This document shows, piece after piece, positions 60,854 through 64,000 of a stretch of DNA of 64,000 bases. Both the position numbers and the translations under genes were made by a program. Positions within the stretch are counted from its first letter, which is position 1, and every line of letters starts with the position of its first letter. A model generated the notes under the pieces. It did not search any database, was not told where the DNA came from, and was given only the letters and a program-made list of their open reading frames with translations. The stretch is taken from assembly GCA_965206595.1 (NCBI GenBank), contig OZ242214.1, forward strand, positions 2,176,001 to 2,240,000, in the 5' to 3' direction. Origin of the DNA: Candidatus Latescibacterota bacterium. GTDB lineage: Bacteria; Latescibacterota; UBA2968; UBA8231.

Positions 60854-62974
60854 CTATTTCCGAAAGCCAATCTTTGGTCGGTGGTCCGGTTTGGCCCTGG
60901 ACTCGGCTTCCAGCAATTGTGCGAGTACCTTCGGGTCCTGCAGATGGCCGAGAATCTCCGCTTTTCGTCGAACCACTGCGAAATCCCCCGGGGTGAGGTT
61001 GGTCAGGGTTTCGACTTCAGCCGGAGCCTCGGACTCGAAGTAGTTACGAAACCCCGCCATGGACTGACTTGGGGTGAGATAGTCCAGGGCGATCTTGAAA
61101 GTGAATCGCCGCAGGGTTGCCGGGTCTAGGGTTTCCCCGAAGTTGGTTGTACACGCAAACGGCAGGGGATGGCTCTCCATCCAGGTCAGCATTTCGTTGA
61201 CCTGGCTGACCTCCCAGGAGCGCACGGCGCCGCGGCGGTCGGCGAGCAGGGAGTCGGCCTCGTCGAAGACGAGGATGGAGCCTTCGGCGCGCGCCTCTGC
61301 GAAGATGTCGGCGATATGCCGTTCGGTTTCTCCGACCCACATCGACATCAGGTCGGAAGCCCGCTTCTGGGTGACTTGGAGGCCGAGCCGCTCGGCAAGG
61401 TAGCGGACGAAGGCGCTCTTTCCTGATCCGGGCGGACCTTGCAGGCAGAGGGAGAATTGCTTTCCCCCGGTTTTTTCCAGGCGTTCGGCAAACCCGACAG
61501 GGTCGACATCGGCCCGGATCAGGGCGAGGTCGAACCTCTCTGGCGCCCCCTGATTTATGGCCGGCTTCTCTCCAGAAATCACCCGGGAAAGGCTTTGCAC
61601 GCCAAGGCGTACTGCAGTGAGGTCTCCACCGCAGAGGCTCGCCGCAGCAATGGCCCCGGAAGCAACGCCAGGTGCAACTTCGAACTCCTTTGCAAGAGAT
61701 TGACCATCCTCCTCGGTCGCTTCGATGCCGTGGCGCTCCAGCTCCCGGCTCCATATTCGCGCCCGGGTCCAGCGCGTGGGTCGCCGCAGCTCCAGGGCGA
61801 AAGTCATGCGCCGTAGAACCGTGGGACAGGTCTCCCTGGCCGAGTTCGTTGTCCAGAGCGTCGGCACCGGGGCGCGTTCGAGCAGCCTGTTCAGGTACAC
61901 CTTGGAGCCGCCCGACCGAAGCGGGGAAAAGCCGTGGGAGGAGAAGGGAATCCAACCATAACCCGGATTCGAGAGCAGGTCCTCCATCTCGTCGAAAAGC
62001 AGGATCGACCCACGGCCAGGTGCCAGCAAGTTCTGGGCGACCTGAAGCTCCTGGAGCCGTTCCCGCCGGCTTGGTTCCTCGCCCTCCCCGTCCGCTTCGC
62101 CCACACTGTAGAGGTTCGCCTGAACCCGGGCGGCAAGGGTTTTGCAGAACTCTGTCTTTCCGGTACCCGGCGGTCCGTACACCAGAACGTTAACCCCCTC
62201 GGCGCGGGAATTCAGGGCTCCCTTCAGCACCTTTTGGATGTGGTCCCGCTGCTCCGCGACATGGTCGAAGTCTTCCCACGCCAGCTCCTCCGGGGTTGCC
62301 CTATTGAGCAGCAGGTGGCGCACGTCGAGCCCGGCATCCGTGACGGTGACCAGCCGGTACAGCCGCTTGACGATTTCGATGTCTCCGTCGTCGTCTACCG
62401 ACACTAATCCGGACCTTACCAGAGGAGCATCGGGCGCCAATCGGGCGCGGAGAAAGCCAACCGATACGCCAAGGACCCGGGACAAAAAGGGAGTCGTAAC
62501 GTTGAAAAATCTTCTTCGGAGATGGCCTGAGCAGGATTCGTAAACAGACTCGACTAAATTTTCTATGACCGCCTGCGTACGACTTCGGATCCAAATCTCC
62601 AGAATCGCGACATCCTCGGGCTCGAAGTCCATCTCCCGGCCGAGCTGTCGAAGCCGCCTAGCCGCGAGGTCTTCCTGAACACCCTCGCCGGAAGACATCT
62701 TCGAATACAGGGTCTCAAGGGTCTTCAAAAGACGGTGCCAATCCTTCCTGGGGAGCTCTTTCTCGAGGTACTTCCCTGCCCGGATCTTGTACAGTTCCAG
62801 CTCTAACTCTTCATTATTCTCGCATTCCAGCCCCAGCAACTCGAGGTTTTCCATAACCCACTGAGTCAGGTTCCTTGCTTCCGGACTGGCGCGATGAATA
62901 CGTGAGGCAAGATTGCGAAGATAGAAAAGGAGACGCTTTTTTTCGTAGGCGTTGGGAGGTTCGTATACGAGCAT
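60854..62974 (-). CDS. Tandem-AAA+ ATPase with unknown N-terminal domain
   Basis: YGPPGTGKT/LLFDE and QGPPGSGKS/LVFDEADS; second-region LDPATLRRF. Confidence 0.88.
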   Translation of the reverse strand: MLVYEPPNAYEKKRLLFYLRNLASRIHRASPEARNLTQWVMENLELLGLECENNEELELELYKIRAGKYLEKELPRKDWHRLLKTLETLYSKMSSGEGVQEDLAARRLRQLGREMDFEPEDVAILEIWIRSRTQAVIENLVESVYESCSGHLRRRFFNVTTPFLSRVLGVSVGFLRARLAPDAPLVRSGLVSVDDDGDIEIVKRLYRLVTVTDAGLDVRHLLLNRATPEELAWEDFDHVAEQRDHIQKVLKGALNSRAEGVNVLVYGPPGTGKTEFCKTLAARVQANLYSVGEADGEGEEPSRRERLQELQVAQNLLAPGRGSILLFDEMEDLLSNPGYGWIPFSSHGFSPLRSGGSKVYLNRLLERAPVPTLWTTNSARETCPTVLRRMTFALELRRPTRWTRARIWSRELERHGIEATEEDGQSLAKEFEVAPGVASGAIAAASLCGGDLTAVRLGVQSLSRVISGEKPAINQGAPERFDLALIRADVDPVGFAERLEKTGGKQFSLCLQGPPGSGKSAFVRYLAERLGLQVTQKRASDLMSMWVGETERHIADIFAEARAEGSILVFDEADSLLADRRGAVRSWEVSQVNEMLTWMESHPLPFACTTNFGETLDPATLRRFTFKIALDYLTPSQSMAGFRNYFESEAPAEVETLTNLTPGDFAVVRRKAEILGHLQDPKVLAQLLEAESRAKPDHRPKIGFRK

Positions 62975-63027
62975 GATTTCTCCGGATTTTGCGTGTTGGG
63001 GTTACCCCACGAAACCCTCACCTGAGG

Positions 63028-63432
63028 TTACGGTTGGTAGGGTTTTTCGTCGATAGTGAAGGAGGCTTCGGGCAGGTGAACAGCCAGGCGTTGGTGTAGT
63101 TCTTCTATCACTTTTCTTGTGAGACCGAACCCCACCGGGTTGCCCAAGGTAGAGGTGATTTCGACCGCTATGCCGGCGGGCACATCTCTTACGAACAGCG
63201 TAATGTTCAGGTTCACATCGTGGGATGCGGTAGCCTTTTTGGCCGCGATCAGGCCGGTGTTTTTGTCGGTGTTGATTACTTCGAGATCCGTTTCAACGAC
63301 CGCTTGCAGAACCCGGTCGAAGACGGTGTCGGAAGCTCCGCCGGCGATGAGGGCTTGTCCCTTCGTGGTAACCGACGTGCAACCGTAGAGTAGAATGGGC
63401 AGCAGAATGATGATGTAGTTGATTTTTTTCAC
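63028..63432 (-). CDS. Small lipoprotein
   Basis: MKK + hydrophobic stretch + lipobox LYGC; RBS aggagg. Confidence 0.8.
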   Translation of the reverse strand: MKKINYIIILLPILLYGCTSVTTKGQALIAGGASDTVFDRVLQAVVETDLEVINTDKNTGLIAAKKATASHDVNLNITLFVRDVPAGIAVEITSTLGNPVGFGLTRKVIEELHQRLAVHLPEASFTIDEKPYQP

Positions 63433-63527
63433 GAGGCCTCCTGTGGTTTGTGATATGCCGGACGGTCCTGTCCTGCGAGCCTCCGCTATCGGAGACGGAT
63501 ACGCATTGATAAACCTACCACGGGGGT

Positions 63528-63544
63528 GCGACAGATCATGTCGC
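63528..63544. promoter_or_regulatory. Palindromic operator GCGACA-N5-TGTCGC upstream of the lipoprotein-AAA genes
   Basis: gcgacagatcatgtcgc about 95 bp upstream of the GTG. Confidence 0.5.
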
Positions 63545-64000
63545 GGGACTGAACTTTTTTGAGCAGCCTTCTAAGCCGAAACGGCGGGGGGAAGGAGGAT
63601 GCCCGTCGTCGAGGCTACGGCGCTGAGGGCTTTACTGGTGGGGGGGTTGCCCGGGGGCTGGGTTCCTTGCCCACGGGCAACGTGAGCAAGCCCTTGAGCA
63701 TAATGAGAAAGCAATGTCTCCCGTTCTCTTTGAACCCCCGGGCCCTCAGCCTCGGCTATTCACCTGGTCGCGCCAGGACACTGGTACGCGCATGCGGTCC
63801 CCGTTCTTGCTGTCGAAGAGCAGGAACCCTTTGTCGTGGCCGTGGCGGAATAGATCGCGAGTGAGCTGGACATCCTGCCGGCAGTACTCCTCGATGAGGT
63901 CGAGACGGCCCTGTTTCCACCAGTGCAGGGGCCTGAAGACCGTCGCCCGTTTTCACAGCGTTGAAGGTCGCTGCTGCCAGGCTGTCGAGGCTGACGCGGT

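Noticed and set aside
63559-64000. Short ORFs at the window end
   Set aside because: No motifs or convincing RBS; cannot be assigned.

Overview
GC-rich bacterial DNA. Gene content (FlgD-tailed and 'SWGxIK'-tailed secreted proteins, sulfatase, PhyH, many Gfo/Idh/MocA) suggests Latescibacterota or a similar FCB-group/sponge-symbiont lineage; this is inference, not a database result. 1-33 kb is mostly catabolic enzymes: beta-propeller hydrolase, alpha/beta hydrolases, luciferase-like monooxygenase, amidohydrolase pair, beta-helix glycan enzyme, aldo/keto reductase, MetE-like protein, sulfatase, enolase+RraA with an ABC transporter, PhyH. Secreted-protein paralogs and their decayed fragments are scattered among them. 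34-64 kb is an accessory region with a lower-GC block, a duplicated gene pair, an ABC-type ATPase with a truncated partner, a TonB receptor, and an rfbB gene broken by IS256 and by IS66 (itself carrying ISL3; all three target duplications are visible). It also holds two toxin-antitoxin pairs, IS5, IS4 and IS1380, an asnB-like + methyltransferase cassette, and a lipoprotein + tandem-AAA ATPase behind a palindromic operator. The most striking structure is four co-oriented IS91/ISCR-like transposase 3' remnants, three ending at an identical oriIS-like end, that divide the region into cargo blocks. No rRNA, tRNA or CRISPR array was seen. Several frameshifts could be sequencing errors rather than real decay.
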